Of a stretch of DNA of 59,753 nt, positions 9,795 through 19,676 are shown in pieces (positions within the stretch are counted from its first letter, which is position 1; the number at the start of each line of letters is the position of its first letter). The stretch covers positions 17,426 through 77,178 of the forward strand of contig CAYSKG010000001.1 in assembly GCA_964431725.1 (NCBI GenBank), given 5' to 3'. The notes under the pieces were generated by a model. That model had not been told where the DNA came from. It did no database searches and saw only the letters and a program-made list of their open reading frames with translations. A program made the translations under genes and the position numbers. The DNA comes from an uncultured Candidatus Bathyarchaeia archaeon. GTDB lineage: Archaea > Thermoproteota > Bathyarchaeia > Bathyarchaeales > DTEX01.

Positions 9795-10997
9795 ATGACT
9801 GAATGCTTACAGAGGGGGATATGTGTGCAACTGGCTGAGAGAATGAAAATTATCAAACCCTCCGGAACTATAGCGATGGCTGAAAAAGCTCTTGAAATGG
9901 AGAGAAGCGGAAGAAAATTATATCATTTAGATGTAGGTGAACCTGACTTTGATACCCCGGAACACATAAAGAAGGCTGCTATAAAAGCGTTAATAAGCGG
10001 CTTCACCCACTACACTTCAAGCTTAGGCATAATCGAGCTTAGAATGGCTATAGCTGTTTCTTTAAAGAATAAAAAAGGGGTTGAGGTTGATCCGAGAAAT
10101 GAAATTATTGTGACGCCGGGTGCAAAACACGCCATATTCTGCGCGTGTATGGCAACCCTAAACCCCGGCGATGAAGTTCTGGTTTTAGCTCCAACCTGGC
10201 CAACCCACTTTATTTGTGCTAAAGCAACTGGAGCTAAAACAATCGAGATTCCATGCGGTGAAACCTATCATTTAAATGAAGAATTGCTCAAGGAAAAAAT
10301 AACTAGAAAAACTCGGATGATCATAGTGAATTCACCGAATAATCCGACTGGTGGAGTTTTAAACATTAGTGAACTTAAAGCTGTGGCGGATTTGGCTGTA
10401 GATCATGATTTACTAATCCTTTCAGATGAAATTTATGCTGATATAATTTATGATGGAGTGGAAATTAAAAGTATGATTAGTTTTGAAGATGCAAGGGAGA
10501 ATGTTATTCTAGTCGACGGCTTCAGCAAAAGTTACGCAATGACTGGATGGAGACTTGGCTATGCTGTTGCGGACAAAACCATAATAGATGCCATGAAAAG
10601 GATTCAGCAGGCAACAACAACTTGCCCAGCGAGCTTTGTCCAAAAAGCTGGTATAGCCGCTTTAAAAGGACCCCAAGACGATGTTAGAAAGATGGTTAAA
10701 GAATATGATCGGCGGAGAAAATACATTGTTAAAACGCTTAATGAAATGTCAGGCGTTTATTGTGCAATGCCCAAGGGGGCGTTTTATGTTTTCCCGACGT
10801 TATCAGGTTTAAAGATGTCCAGCTTTGAGATTAGTATGAAGCTCTTAGAGGAGGAAGGCGTATGCTCAATTCCGGGAAACGTATTTGGCGAATGCGGCGA
10901 AGGTCACATACGCTTATCTTACTCCGCAAACTTTGAAACGCTAGTTGAGGCTATGGAAAGGATTAAAAACTTTGTTGAGAAGTATGTAAATAAATAG
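9795..10997 (+). CDS. Class I/II aminotransferase (aspartate aminotransferase-like)
   Basis: NSPNNPTG, SDEIY and SKSYAMTGWRLGY (PLP lysine) motifs. The exact start is uncertain. Confidence 0.8.
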   Translation: MTECLQRGICVQLAERMKIIKPSGTIAMAEKALEMERSGRKLYHLDVGEPDFDTPEHIKKAAIKALISGFTHYTSSLGIIELRMAIAVSLKNKKGVEVDPRNEIIVTPGAKHAIFCACMATLNPGDEVLVLAPTWPTHFICAKATGAKTIEIPCGETYHLNEELLKEKITRKTRMIIVNSPNNPTGGVLNISELKAVADLAVDHDLLILSDEIYADIIYDGVEIKSMISFEDARENVILVDGFSKSYAMTGWRLGYAVADKTIIDAMKRIQQATTTCPASFVQKAGIAALKGPQDDVRKMVKEYDRRRKYIVKTLNEMSGVYCAMPKGAFYVFPTLSGLKMSSFEISMKLLEEEGVCSIPGNVFGECGEGHIRLSYSANFETLVEAMERIKNFVEKYVNK

Positions 10998-11004
10998 CTA
11001 AAAT

Positions 11005-12117
11005 ATGGAAGATGGTGTTTCTAAAATGTTTGATGAGAAAGCAATAAATATTTTAAAAAGAATGACCGAATCCTTTGGTCCGTCCGGATTTGAAAGAGAA
11101 ACGGCTAGAATAATAAAAGAGTTTATGATACCCTATTCAGATGAAGTTTTGGCCGATAAACTTGGTTCGATAGTATTTGTCGCTAGAGGCGGAGCTGAAA
11201 GACCGCATGTACTTCTAGCTGGACATATAGATGAAGTTGGCTTTGTTATATCTGGTATAGATGAGAAAACCGGATTCTTATCCTTTAATACATTAGGAGG
11301 ATGGTGGGATCAAGTACTATTATCGCAGAGGGTTGTTGTGAGAACTGAAAAAGGAGATTTATATGGTGTTATAGCTGCTAAGCCGCCTCACTTACTAACA
11401 GATGAAGAAAAACAAAAACCCGTTAATAAGAGGAATATGTATATTGATATAGGTGCAACATCAGGTGAGGAAGCTATTAGGGCTGGCGTTAAGATCGGCG
11501 ACCCAGTTGTTCCATGGTCACCCTTCACGCTCATTAATAATGGTAAAGTCGCCATGGGAAAAGCCTTCGACGATAGAATAGGGGCTTTTGTTATGATGGA
11601 AACCATACGTAGGATAAAAGAGAATGAAATAAGTCATCCTAATACAATTTATGGTGCAGCGACGGTTCAGGAGGAGGTTGGCGCTAGAGGCGCCCAAACA
11701 GTTGCTCACATAGTTGATCCAGACGTCGCATTAGTAATTGAAGTTGATATTGCAGGGGATGTTCCCGGAATAAAGCCTATGGAAGCTCCAACGAAGATGG
11801 GTAAGGGGCCTACACTCTGCACCTATGATAGCAGTATGATTCCAAATCAACCTTTAAAGGAGTTTGTTATTAAAGTGGCTAAGGAAGCTGGTATACCGCT
11901 CCAGCTATCGCAAATTGCTAGAGGAGGAACCGATGCCGGAAGAATTCACATGAGTAGAGCTGGCTGCCCAAGCGTGGTTATAGGCATACCCACCAGACAC
12001 ATTCATAGTCATGTTGGACTCTTAAGCTTAGAGGATGTTAAAAATGCAGTTAGACTGATGATAGAGCTTATCAAGAAACTTGACAAGAAAATCGTTGAAA
12101 GCTTTACAAGAATATGA
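11005..12117 (+). CDS. M42-family (TET/FrvX-type) aminopeptidase
   Basis: GHIDEVGF, FDDRIG, QEEVGARGA and SHVG motifs of the M42 peptidase family. Confidence 0.8.
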   Translation: MEDGVSKMFDEKAINILKRMTESFGPSGFERETARIIKEFMIPYSDEVLADKLGSIVFVARGGAERPHVLLAGHIDEVGFVISGIDEKTGFLSFNTLGGWWDQVLLSQRVVVRTEKGDLYGVIAAKPPHLLTDEEKQKPVNKRNMYIDIGATSGEEAIRAGVKIGDPVVPWSPFTLINNGKVAMGKAFDDRIGAFVMMETIRRIKENEISHPNTIYGAATVQEEVGARGAQTVAHIVDPDVALVIEVDIAGDVPGIKPMEAPTKMGKGPTLCTYDSSMIPNQPLKEFVIKVAKEAGIPLQLSQIARGGTDAGRIHMSRAGCPSVVIGIPTRHIHSHVGLLSLEDVKNAVRLMIELIKKLDKKIVESFTRI

Positions 12118-13052
12118 AGATCCCTATAACTTTATATGGTGAAATAATTATGATGGTTAAAGAGAAGATTATTGAAGGCTTTAAGGTAAAAGTAGCTTCT
12201 ATGGGAAATCTTCTTGTGGGAGTAGCTTGCAACGTAGGACCAAGAATACTTTACCTTGCAAGCAAAGACAAGCCGGAGCTAAACTTATTTGGCATACTAC
12301 CCGAATTTGGAATTGAAACCTCTGAGGGCTTTTGGAAAATTTATGGTGGACATAGACTTTGGGCTTCCCCGGAAGCCAAACCTAGATCATATTCACTTGA
12401 CAATCAACCAGTAAAAATAGAAGTTGACGCAAACACGCTAACAATTTATGGAAATCCAGAAGAGAAAAACTCGATACAGAAAGAGATAACTTTGAAAGAG
12501 AACCCTGAGGGAGGAGTTCAAGTAATCCATAAAATAAAAAATATAGGTAGATGGCCAATTAAAATGGCGTGCTGGGCTCTTTCAGTTATGAGAAAGAACG
12601 GATTCGCTATAATACCCATAAAGCCTAGAAAAGTTGATGAAGAAGGCTTATTGCCAGATAGACATGTTTCTCTCTGGCCATACACTAACCTTGCAGATGA
12701 GAGGTTAATTTTCACCCATGAATATATTTTCGTTAAGCAGAATCCTGAAGCCGAAGAACCATTAAAGATTGGTGTTAATGCCATTCCCCAATGGACAGCC
12801 TACTGGGTTGATGGAATGCTTTTCGTTAAGCAGTTTTCTTTAGAAGAAGGAGAATATCCAGATTTTGGTTGTAGTGTTGAAGTGTATACAAACTCTAACA
12901 TGCTTGAACTAGAGACTCTTGGGCCATTCAGAATAGTTAATCCTTATAATATTATTCAGCATACTGAAATTTGGAGAGTCTTTAATATCGGGAAAATCAA
13001 AATGAATCTTGATGATGTCAAAAAGAAGATTGAACCCCTAATAGGAAAGTAA
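12114..13052 (+). CDS. Conserved hypothetical protein (possibly mutarotase-like/DUF4380-like)
   Basis: 312-aa ORF overlapping the M42 stop by ATGA. GGHRLWASPEAKPRSY recalls DUF4380-type proteins. The family assignment is weak. Confidence 0.45.
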   Translation: MKIPITLYGEIIMMVKEKIIEGFKVKVASMGNLLVGVACNVGPRILYLASKDKPELNLFGILPEFGIETSEGFWKIYGGHRLWASPEAKPRSYSLDNQPVKIEVDANTLTIYGNPEEKNSIQKEITLKENPEGGVQVIHKIKNIGRWPIKMACWALSVMRKNGFAIIPIKPRKVDEEGLLPDRHVSLWPYTNLADERLIFTHEYIFVKQNPEAEEPLKIGVNAIPQWTAYWVDGMLFVKQFSLEEGEYPDFGCSVEVYTNSNMLELETLGPFRIVNPYNIIQHTEIWRVFNIGKIKMNLDDVKKKIEPLIGK

Positions 13053-13058
13053 TTAGAT

Positions 13059-13739
13059 TTAAGTTGACCACTCTATGTTTTTCTTAGAAATTTCTTTCCA
13101 GCATTCCTCACATATGGGTAGGAACTGGCCATTATAGTAAATGCTCAGTTTAATATTAGTTCCTCTGCATTCGGGCTTCCAAGGATTCATACAATGTGAA
13201 TCAGAAGATTTAACTGCTTCAATACGTGTCAGCTTCCTCCTACTATTTCGTGTGTTATTAGTCTTCACCTTTTTCTTTCTATTTGAAACATCAACCCTTT
13301 CTGATGATGATAATGATGCGTTTTCAAAATCTATAGCGACTGAGCCTTCTTTATTTTCAGCCTTAGAAACATTTTTTGTGGGTTCTGAAAAAGATTTTTT
13401 GCTCAAAGACTCTATTCCCAAACTTATAATTTCGCTTGTATTTATCCATTCATCAACATCTATCTCCCCTATTAAATTGAGAAATTTAAAATCCACAAGT
13501 ATAGATTCTAAGATTCTAATTTCTTCAGAAACTATTGACCCCCAAAACTCCGCATTCTCTTGAAGTACATCTTTAAGAGCGGCAATCAGTGACTCAATCT
13601 TAGAGATTCTTTTATCGATAAAATCAAAAGTTACTTGGGATATTTTGCCTTTGTTAAATAATTCTCTCAGCACGTTCTTCTTCTTTTCAAGTAAAGCCGA
13701 TTCGAAGTTTAAGCTTTCAACATTCTTTATCAGAATCAT
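13059..13739 (-). CDS. Hypothetical coiled-coil protein with C-terminal Cys-rich (zinc-ribbon-like) tail
   Basis: 226-aa ORF. Helical N-terminal half, low-complexity basic linker, and a C-terminal C..C...C..C arrangement (HCMNPWKPEC...PICEECW). Confidence 0.5.
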   Translation of the reverse strand: MILIKNVESLNFESALLEKKKNVLRELFNKGKISQVTFDFIDKRISKIESLIAALKDVLQENAEFWGSIVSEEIRILESILVDFKFLNLIGEIDVDEWINTSEIISLGIESLSKKSFSEPTKNVSKAENKEGSVAIDFENASLSSSERVDVSNRKKKVKTNNTRNSRRKLTRIEAVKSSDSHCMNPWKPECRGTNIKLSIYYNGQFLPICEECWKEISKKNIEWST

Positions 13740-13937
13740 TTTTCATCAAGCATGAAATATAAAGGAAAATTAAAAGCATTTTTCAACACGCTAATATATC
13801 CCATATTATTAATTCAACTCTTTGAAGTTAGATTTAATATATTTTTACAGTGAAAATTATTCATTTCTCTTTTAACAAATTTTTAGGTGTAAGAAGATTT
13901 TGTTAGAGACTATTATTCATGTTTTTCTAAGGAAAGT

Positions 13938-14966
13938 TCAAAGATTAACACCAAGCTTCTCTGCCACTTTCTTTATTTCTTTCCAAGTTCTTTCTGGGAC
14001 ATATATACCCTCTTTTAACCTAACTTTTTCAGTCAAATATTCAGGTTCGCCGGGTATCATTATTTCTTTAAACCCAGATCTAGTTTTTGATTCCTTTATA
14101 GTCTTGATGAGCTTGTCAACTTTTCTTTTAAACTCTTCTATTGGCATAAATTTTTCAATATTTATAACCTCGAAAAATACGCCATTTCCCCTCTTTGTTT
14201 CTTCATAAGCGCAACCGGCTCCTGATAAAATACCGCTTAATATGTCAACAGCTAACCCCAGTCCGAAGCCCTTATATCCAACTTCTTCTCCGCCTAAAGG
14301 CAGCATCGCGCCTCCGTCATAAAGATCTTGCGGGTTATTGCTTGGGTTGCCATTCTTATCTATGATCCAACCATAAGGTATTTTATCACCCTTATGTAAT
14401 GCAACTCTAACCTTTCCCTCCGCTACAACGCTTGTTGCTATATCGATAACAAAAGGGAATCCTAAATTTGTTGGAAAAGCAAAGCTAATTGGTCCAGTTG
14501 AAAGCAACCTCTCTCTGCCGCCGAAAGGAGCCACAAACTTTACTGAATTAACCATAGCTATGCCGATCATATTATTTCTTGAAGCCATTAAGGTGTAATC
14601 AGCCAGTCGACCCACGTGATTACAGTTAAAGACGCATACAATACTCACGCTGGAGTCTTTAGCTTTTTCGATAGCTTTCTCCATAGCTTTCTTAGCTACA
14701 ACTTGCCCGAAACCCCAATTTCCATTTAAAATAGCTGAGGAAAACGTTTCTTTAACAACTTCAATTTTAGCTCTAGGTTTGATGCTTCCCTTCTCAATTT
14801 CATCTACATACTGCATTATGCGGATGACACCATGTGAATCGTGACCTACCAAATTAGCTTTTACAAGAAACTCTGAAACTAACCGTGCCTCTTCAATAGA
14901 TGCTCCAGCGGCTGAAAATATTTTTGTTCCAATTTCTATCAGCTGATTAGCTTTAAATGTAGGCAT
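13938..14966 (-). CDS. Ldh_2 family malate/L-lactate/sulfolactate dehydrogenase
   Basis: GHDSHGVIR, NCNHVGR and ATSVVAEGK motifs typical of the type-2 Mdh/Ldh family. Confidence 0.8.
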   Translation of the reverse strand: MPTFKANQLIEIGTKIFSAAGASIEEARLVSEFLVKANLVGHDSHGVIRIMQYVDEIEKGSIKPRAKIEVVKETFSSAILNGNWGFGQVVAKKAMEKAIEKAKDSSVSIVCVFNCNHVGRLADYTLMASRNNMIGIAMVNSVKFVAPFGGRERLLSTGPISFAFPTNLGFPFVIDIATSVVAEGKVRVALHKGDKIPYGWIIDKNGNPSNNPQDLYDGGAMLPLGGEEVGYKGFGLGLAVDILSGILSGAGCAYEETKRGNGVFFEVINIEKFMPIEEFKRKVDKLIKTIKESKTRSGFKEIMIPGEPEYLTEKVRLKEGIYVPERTWKEIKKVAEKLGVNL

Positions 14967-15043
14967 TTCTTAATCCAACCTTTTGATGTAAATATAATAA
15001 AAATGCGATACTATGTTTTTATAGGTTTTTACAAATCCTAATT

Positions 15044-15496
15044 TTACTTACTTTTTTGGATTTTTTCTTTAACATCTTCTGGCAAAATAAAACCCACAAG
15101 TCCCTTCTTAGAGAGTAGATTAAAATACGCACTAAGTGAAATTTCAGCTTCCTCGGGCATTAATTTGTATTTCTCAACAAAATAATTAGCAATATCCCCT
15201 ATTGTTCTCTCTCCATCACAGAGTTCCCAAACAATTGACCCTATTCTATCAAGATTAATTATTCTCTTCCTAGGCTCTGATACAAATATTTTACGTAAAA
15301 TATCCTTCTTTCCCTTTTTTTCCTGAGTTTGTTGAGGGGGTTTCAAAGGAACTATGATTTTTATTTCTCTTGTTTTTCTATTTTTTTCCCACTTTAATAT
15401 GGGATTTCTAACAGGTTTAATTTTGAGAAATGCGCTTCTGGGTATCTGCAGACCTTCCTGCTTCTTTTTTCTTTTAAATAATCTATTAAATATCAT
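15044..15496 (-). CDS. PqqD-family (RRE-like) protein with basic N-terminal extension
   Basis: The C-terminal LDRIGSIVWELCDGERTIGDIANYFVEKYKLMPEEAEISLSAYFNLLSKKGLV matches the PqqD pattern. Confidence 0.6.
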   Translation of the reverse strand: MIFNRLFKRKKKQEGLQIPRSAFLKIKPVRNPILKWEKNRKTREIKIIVPLKPPQQTQEKKGKKDILRKIFVSEPRKRIINLDRIGSIVWELCDGERTIGDIANYFVEKYKLMPEEAEISLSAYFNLLSKKGLVGFILPEDVKEKIQKSK

Positions 15497-15586
15497 TTTT
15501 CATCGAAAAAGAAAAGAGTAATCTTACATTATAAATCTTTATTTTTTAGTAGTCTTTTAAGTATTAAAAAATGAAATTACTTATTC

Positions 15587-16240
15587 GTGATGCTCATGTC
15601 ATTAGAAAAGATTCTTGATAAAATAAGAGGGGAAGTTCTAAGGAAAGATGCAGTACGTCAAAAAATTCAAATGATAGCTCGGAAAACTACAAGATTATCA
15701 AAGCAAGCAATCTTCTTTATACACAAAGATAAAGTAGATGAGGCTGAAAATCTCTTGAGAGAAGCAAGTATCCATCTTGATAAACTCAGAGAGCTGTCAA
15801 AGATGTACCCAAATCTCCTATATGGGGGGATTATTGATTCAGTATTTGAAGAGTATTCTGAAGCTCAAATATTCATAAACCTCATTAAAGATGAAAAATT
15901 CATTAATCCGGAGAAGATAGGTGTTCCAAGCGAGTGTTATGTGCTCGGTTTAGCTGACGTTATAGGTGAATTGAGACGTAGATCATTAGATCTCATAAGA
16001 AAAGGCCGTATTGAAGCTGCCGAGAAAAGCTTAAACGTTATGGAAAGAATCTACGTTGAGATAACAAGCTACGATGAGCTGCTTTTACTTATCCCAGGAC
16101 TTAGAAGAAAATGTGATATTGCTAGAAGAATTGTTGAAGCAACGAGGGGTGATGTGACAACTGAAGTTAGAAGAAAAGTCCTTAATGACGCTATGAGAGA
16201 GCTGGAGAAAGCTTTGAGGTCGAGAATAAAACGAGATTGA
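15587..16240 (+). CDS. Translin-family protein
   Basis: All-helical 217-aa ORF with the YVLGLADVIGELRR motif characteristic of translin/TRAX. Confidence 0.65.
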   Translation: MMLMSLEKILDKIRGEVLRKDAVRQKIQMIARKTTRLSKQAIFFIHKDKVDEAENLLREASIHLDKLRELSKMYPNLLYGGIIDSVFEEYSEAQIFINLIKDEKFINPEKIGVPSECYVLGLADVIGELRRRSLDLIRKGRIEAAEKSLNVMERIYVEITSYDELLLLIPGLRRKCDIARRIVEATRGDVTTEVRRKVLNDAMRELEKALRSRIKRD

Positions 16241-16255
16241 GAGGGCTAATTTGTT

Positions 16256-16924
16256 TTGATTAGAAACATCAATTTTTCTATAGAAAAGGCAAGAAGGTTA
16301 CAGATTTCTCTTTCAAAGAAAGTTATCCGTGTAGATCAATTAGATACGCCAATTAAGTATGTTGCTGGCGTTGATGTTGCATACACAGACAAGCATTCGG
16401 TTGGAGCCGTAGCAATTCTAGATTATGACTCTATGAAAACTATAGAAATAAAAGTGGCGATTATTGAAACACGCTTCCCTTATATACCTACACTTTTATC
16501 CTTTAGAGAAATACCCCCGGTTGTTTCCGCAATAAGAAAACTAACGCTCAAACCCGACGTTTTTTTAGTTGATGGACAAGGAATTGCCCATCCATATCAT
16601 TTCGGTTTTGCAAGCCATTTAGGTGTTCTCCTTGATATAGCTACAGTAGGTGTTGCAAAAAACATTTTGTGCGGAAAAATCGTTAAGAGAGGAGATAAAT
16701 TTTGGAAACCCATAATCTATAAGGGAGAAGTCATCGGTGGAGCGGTATTTACTAAGCTGAACGCTAAACCAGTCTATGTTAGCGTTGGACATAAAATTTC
16801 TCTGAAAACCGCTATAAAGATTGTTTTAAAATGTTCAAGGGGATATAGAATCCCCGAACCATTACGTAAGGCGCATATAGCCGCCGAAAAAACTAAAAGG
16901 GAAATGATTCTTGAAAGTGTATGA
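16256..16924 (+). CDS. nfi: Endonuclease V
   Basis: VAGVDVAY, SFREIPP and DGQGIAHPYHFGFASHLGV motifs. Confidence 0.85.
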   Translation: MIRNINFSIEKARRLQISLSKKVIRVDQLDTPIKYVAGVDVAYTDKHSVGAVAILDYDSMKTIEIKVAIIETRFPYIPTLLSFREIPPVVSAIRKLTLKPDVFLVDGQGIAHPYHFGFASHLGVLLDIATVGVAKNILCGKIVKRGDKFWKPIIYKGEVIGGAVFTKLNAKPVYVSVGHKISLKTAIKIVLKCSRGYRIPEPLRKAHIAAEKTKREMILESV

Positions 16925-16968
16925 GTTAGGTCCTCAGCGTGAAGAATTTGAGAGGTGAATGAGAGAAA

Positions 16969-17652
16969 TTGAATCCTAAACTTAAGAGAGTCATAAATAG
17001 AATTAAGGATAACACCTTAAGAGAAAATCTCCTAAAGTTCCTAGAAGACCTATCAGTTAAGATAAATGATAAATCTTATACCGGGTTACCGCTAGAGGAT
17101 GCCCCAGCAAGCAGGTTCTATCATCATAGTTACCCAGGAGGGCTCATGGAGCATATTTTATCAGTCGTTAAAATCGCTATGGCTCTTTGTGATTCTGTTG
17201 AAGAAATATACGGTGGTAAAGTAAATAGAGACTTAGTTATTTGCGGAGTCATATTACACGACATATTCAAACCTTTAACTTATGAAAGTAAGAATAGCGG
17301 TGGATATAGAAACTCGCCATTAGGCGAACGCTTAGATCACCTAACATTGGTGACAACGGAACTTATAAGAAGAGGCTTTCCGCTTGATCTAGTTCATATT
17401 GTAGCTGCTAGTCATGGTCAAGCAAGTCCAATAACCCCAAAAACTATTGAAGCTTTAATATGTCATATTGCGGATGAAGCGGACTCAAAGATGAATGGCG
17501 AAGTTCTCAATGCAGCTAAATACTTAGTTAAAGAGGCAACGGGAGAACCTTGGGATGGAATCAATTCAAAAACTGCTTTTAAAATCCTGGAGTTAAAGGC
17601 TGAAGGTGGCTGGGAGGGGTTAAAAAAAGGAATCAAATCGCTTAGATCCTAA
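16969..17652 (+). CDS. HD-domain phosphohydrolase (YhaM-like HD module, no OB fold)
   Basis: HHSYPGGLMEHILSV and ILHDIFK motifs. Confidence 0.7.
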   Translation: MNPKLKRVINRIKDNTLRENLLKFLEDLSVKINDKSYTGLPLEDAPASRFYHHSYPGGLMEHILSVVKIAMALCDSVEEIYGGKVNRDLVICGVILHDIFKPLTYESKNSGGYRNSPLGERLDHLTLVTTELIRRGFPLDLVHIVAASHGQASPITPKTIEALICHIADEADSKMNGEVLNAAKYLVKEATGEPWDGINSKTAFKILELKAEGGWEGLKKGIKSLRS

Positions 17653-17682
17653 AAATTTAATGGAAAAGGGTGTTTAAGTAAA

Positions 17683-18357
17683 TCATAAGTATTTAAGCCA
17701 TATCCCCTTCTTAGCAGTCTTTAGCCCATAAAGGGCTGTTATAAATAAATTCACTATAAATAAGCTATAAGTGAAATCCAATAATGGATAGTTACCTGCC
17801 AAAAAATTGTTTCCAAAATACCATAGAAATATACAAGTTGCAACATAGGTTGAAATAAAGCTAGAGATTAAATGTACTTTCGCAATCATCTTATCCATCT
17901 TATATACTTCTTTCTTTATACGATTAAGAATACGTAAAATTATTGGAGAGACATCCGGCATATCATCTATTATAAGCGTTATGCCCCAGTAAAGGAGTAG
18001 GATGATAAATGATTGACTGTATTGAAAATTGGAGACGTGAAGTAACGAAAGCAATATCGACAAGATAACAGAAATAAAGATCGATAAGAAACCATAAACG
18101 TAATGATGAAATAGAATTCTCCTAATATTGACCTTACCCAGCATTCTTGCCGGAACAATATTCAAAACCGATGTTAAAACAACAAACCAAAAAAGCGAGC
18201 CGTCTGCAAGATATGGTTTATAAAGCTCTTCATGAGATTTCCCCAAATAGTGACTATATAAAATACTCAGCGAAGAAATTAAACTAGCTATAAAATTGAA
18301 TATCAACGCTAAACTAAGCGCTTTCCTACCTAATATTACTAAGGTTTTTTTGAACAT
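17683..18357 (-). CDS. Hypothetical polytopic membrane protein
   Basis: 224-aa ORF with about six hydrophobic segments. No recognisable family motif. Confidence 0.5.
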   Translation of the reverse strand: MFKKTLVILGRKALSLALIFNFIASLISSLSILYSHYLGKSHEELYKPYLADGSLFWFVVLTSVLNIVPARMLGKVNIRRILFHHYVYGFLSIFISVILSILLSLLHVSNFQYSQSFIILLLYWGITLIIDDMPDVSPIILRILNRIKKEVYKMDKMIAKVHLISSFISTYVATCIFLWYFGNNFLAGNYPLLDFTYSLFIVNLFITALYGLKTAKKGIWLKYL

Positions 18358-18409
18358 TTAACTCCTAAGTGACTGCATTAAGATTTAAAGTTTACGTATT
18401 TTTCCAGAT

Positions 18410-18928
18410 TTAAGAAGAGCTAATGTCTATAATTTCAACCTCACGTTTGTCTACATCGAGAATCGCTATTGTGGCTTTACCAGTTAAATATCCGCAAACC
18501 TCTCCAGGATTTATAACTAAAGTTTTTCCAACTCTATATTTTTCAGCTTTATGAGTGTGACCATGGATAACCACATCATAATAATTCGAATTTATCAGAG
18601 CTTTAAGTAAATCATTTTCCTCACCATGAATCAAAGCTATCTTTAGATTGTTTACGCTTATTTCTGCAAATTTTCCGCGAATTTCCGCTCCTATTTCATC
18701 AAACTTTCTTTTCAGAAGATTTCTGTCTCCATCATTATTGCCGAATACTCCAATTAGCTTAGCTTTCAAAGATCTAAATTGTAAAACAGCAAATGGAGCA
18801 ACATAATCCCCGGCATGAAGCACCAAGTCAGCCTCTTCCCTATTTAGTACTTTTACAGCCCTATCAATAAATTGAAGTCTGTCATGGGTATCTGCTATAA
18901 TACCTATTTTTTTAACAGCAAACATCAT
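18410..18928 (-). CDS. MJ0936/YfcE-family metallophosphoesterase
   Basis: IIADTHD, HAGD, GNNDGD and HGHTH motifs. Confidence 0.8.
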   Translation of the reverse strand: MMFAVKKIGIIADTHDRLQFIDRAVKVLNREEADLVLHAGDYVAPFAVLQFRSLKAKLIGVFGNNDGDRNLLKRKFDEIGAEIRGKFAEISVNNLKIALIHGEENDLLKALINSNYYDVVIHGHTHKAEKYRVGKTLVINPGEVCGYLTGKATIAILDVDKREVEIIDISSS

Positions 18929-19123
18929 GACGTTTCCCCTCTTTCCGTCTTTCGCTCACATATGTTATATAAATAAATAATAAATTTTTTTCAAAGTAAT
19001 ATCAAAAATAATTTATTCTTGTTTCAAAAATTACTCTACATTAAGCAAGTCAAATGCTCCATACATGATATTTTTAGATTTTATTAAAACAAGTGATCGA
19101 ATATTAAGGTTAAGAAATTACTA

Positions 19124-19327
19124 TCAAAAAGAAGATTTGTCAGAGTTTTTAGTTGTTTTATATCTTGTGAAACCACAATGTCCGCATGTATAGCGGTCCC
19201 CATGATCAGCCATGAAATATCCTGGACCACATCTTTCGCATACTGGAAGCAACCTTTTAAGTTTTCCATTCTCAATTTTATAGTATGAAGATATGAATTT
19301 CTTTTTTGATTTTTTCTTCTCTGACAT
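19124..19327 (-). CDS. rps27ae: 30S ribosomal protein S27ae (eS31)
   Basis: YYKIENGKLKR...CERCGPGYFMADHGDRYTCGHCGFT zinc-ribbon pattern. The longer overlapping ORF 19084..19338 is in another frame and is rejected. Confidence 0.85.
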   Translation of the reverse strand: MSEKKKSKKKFISSYYKIENGKLKRLLPVCERCGPGYFMADHGDRYTCGHCGFTRYKTTKNSDKSSF

Positions 19328-19334
19328 TTATCCT

Positions 19335-19631
19335 TCATTCCTCCTCTTTCTTTTGAGGCGAATTCCTAATTATTATATGTTCCGGTTCTATTTGTCTAGC
19401 TTGTTCTACTGAATCATAAACATGAGCTTCCCCTTTAGCCACCATCGTTCCAGTCATTGTTTTTATTTTTCTTACGTATACTTTGTCAACATCAATTTTG
19501 AGCAGTCTCGCTAACTCTTTTCTAACCTCTATGCGCGATGGAGTAGCTGATCCCTCATGTGATAGACTGAAAACTATTTCATTTCTCTTGAATAATTCGT
19601 TACGTTTATTATCTATTATTTCAATTTTCAT
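19335..19631 (-). CDS. rps24e: 30S ribosomal protein S24e (eS24)
   Basis: NELFKRNEIVF...GSATPSRIEVRKELA...GEAHVYDS pattern. Conserved position next to S27ae. Confidence 0.85.
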   Translation of the reverse strand: MKIEIIDNKRNELFKRNEIVFSLSHEGSATPSRIEVRKELARLLKIDVDKVYVRKIKTMTGTMVAKGEAHVYDSVEQARQIEPEHIIIRNSPQKKEEE

Positions 19632-19676
19632 GGAAGATCATCTCCTTAGACTTAACTCTGATTATTATCCTCTACT

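Noticed and set aside
19084-19338. 84-aa ORF overlapping rps27ae in another frame.
   Set aside because: The 67-aa frame gives the canonical eS31 zinc-ribbon sequence. The 84-aa frame has no recognisable features.
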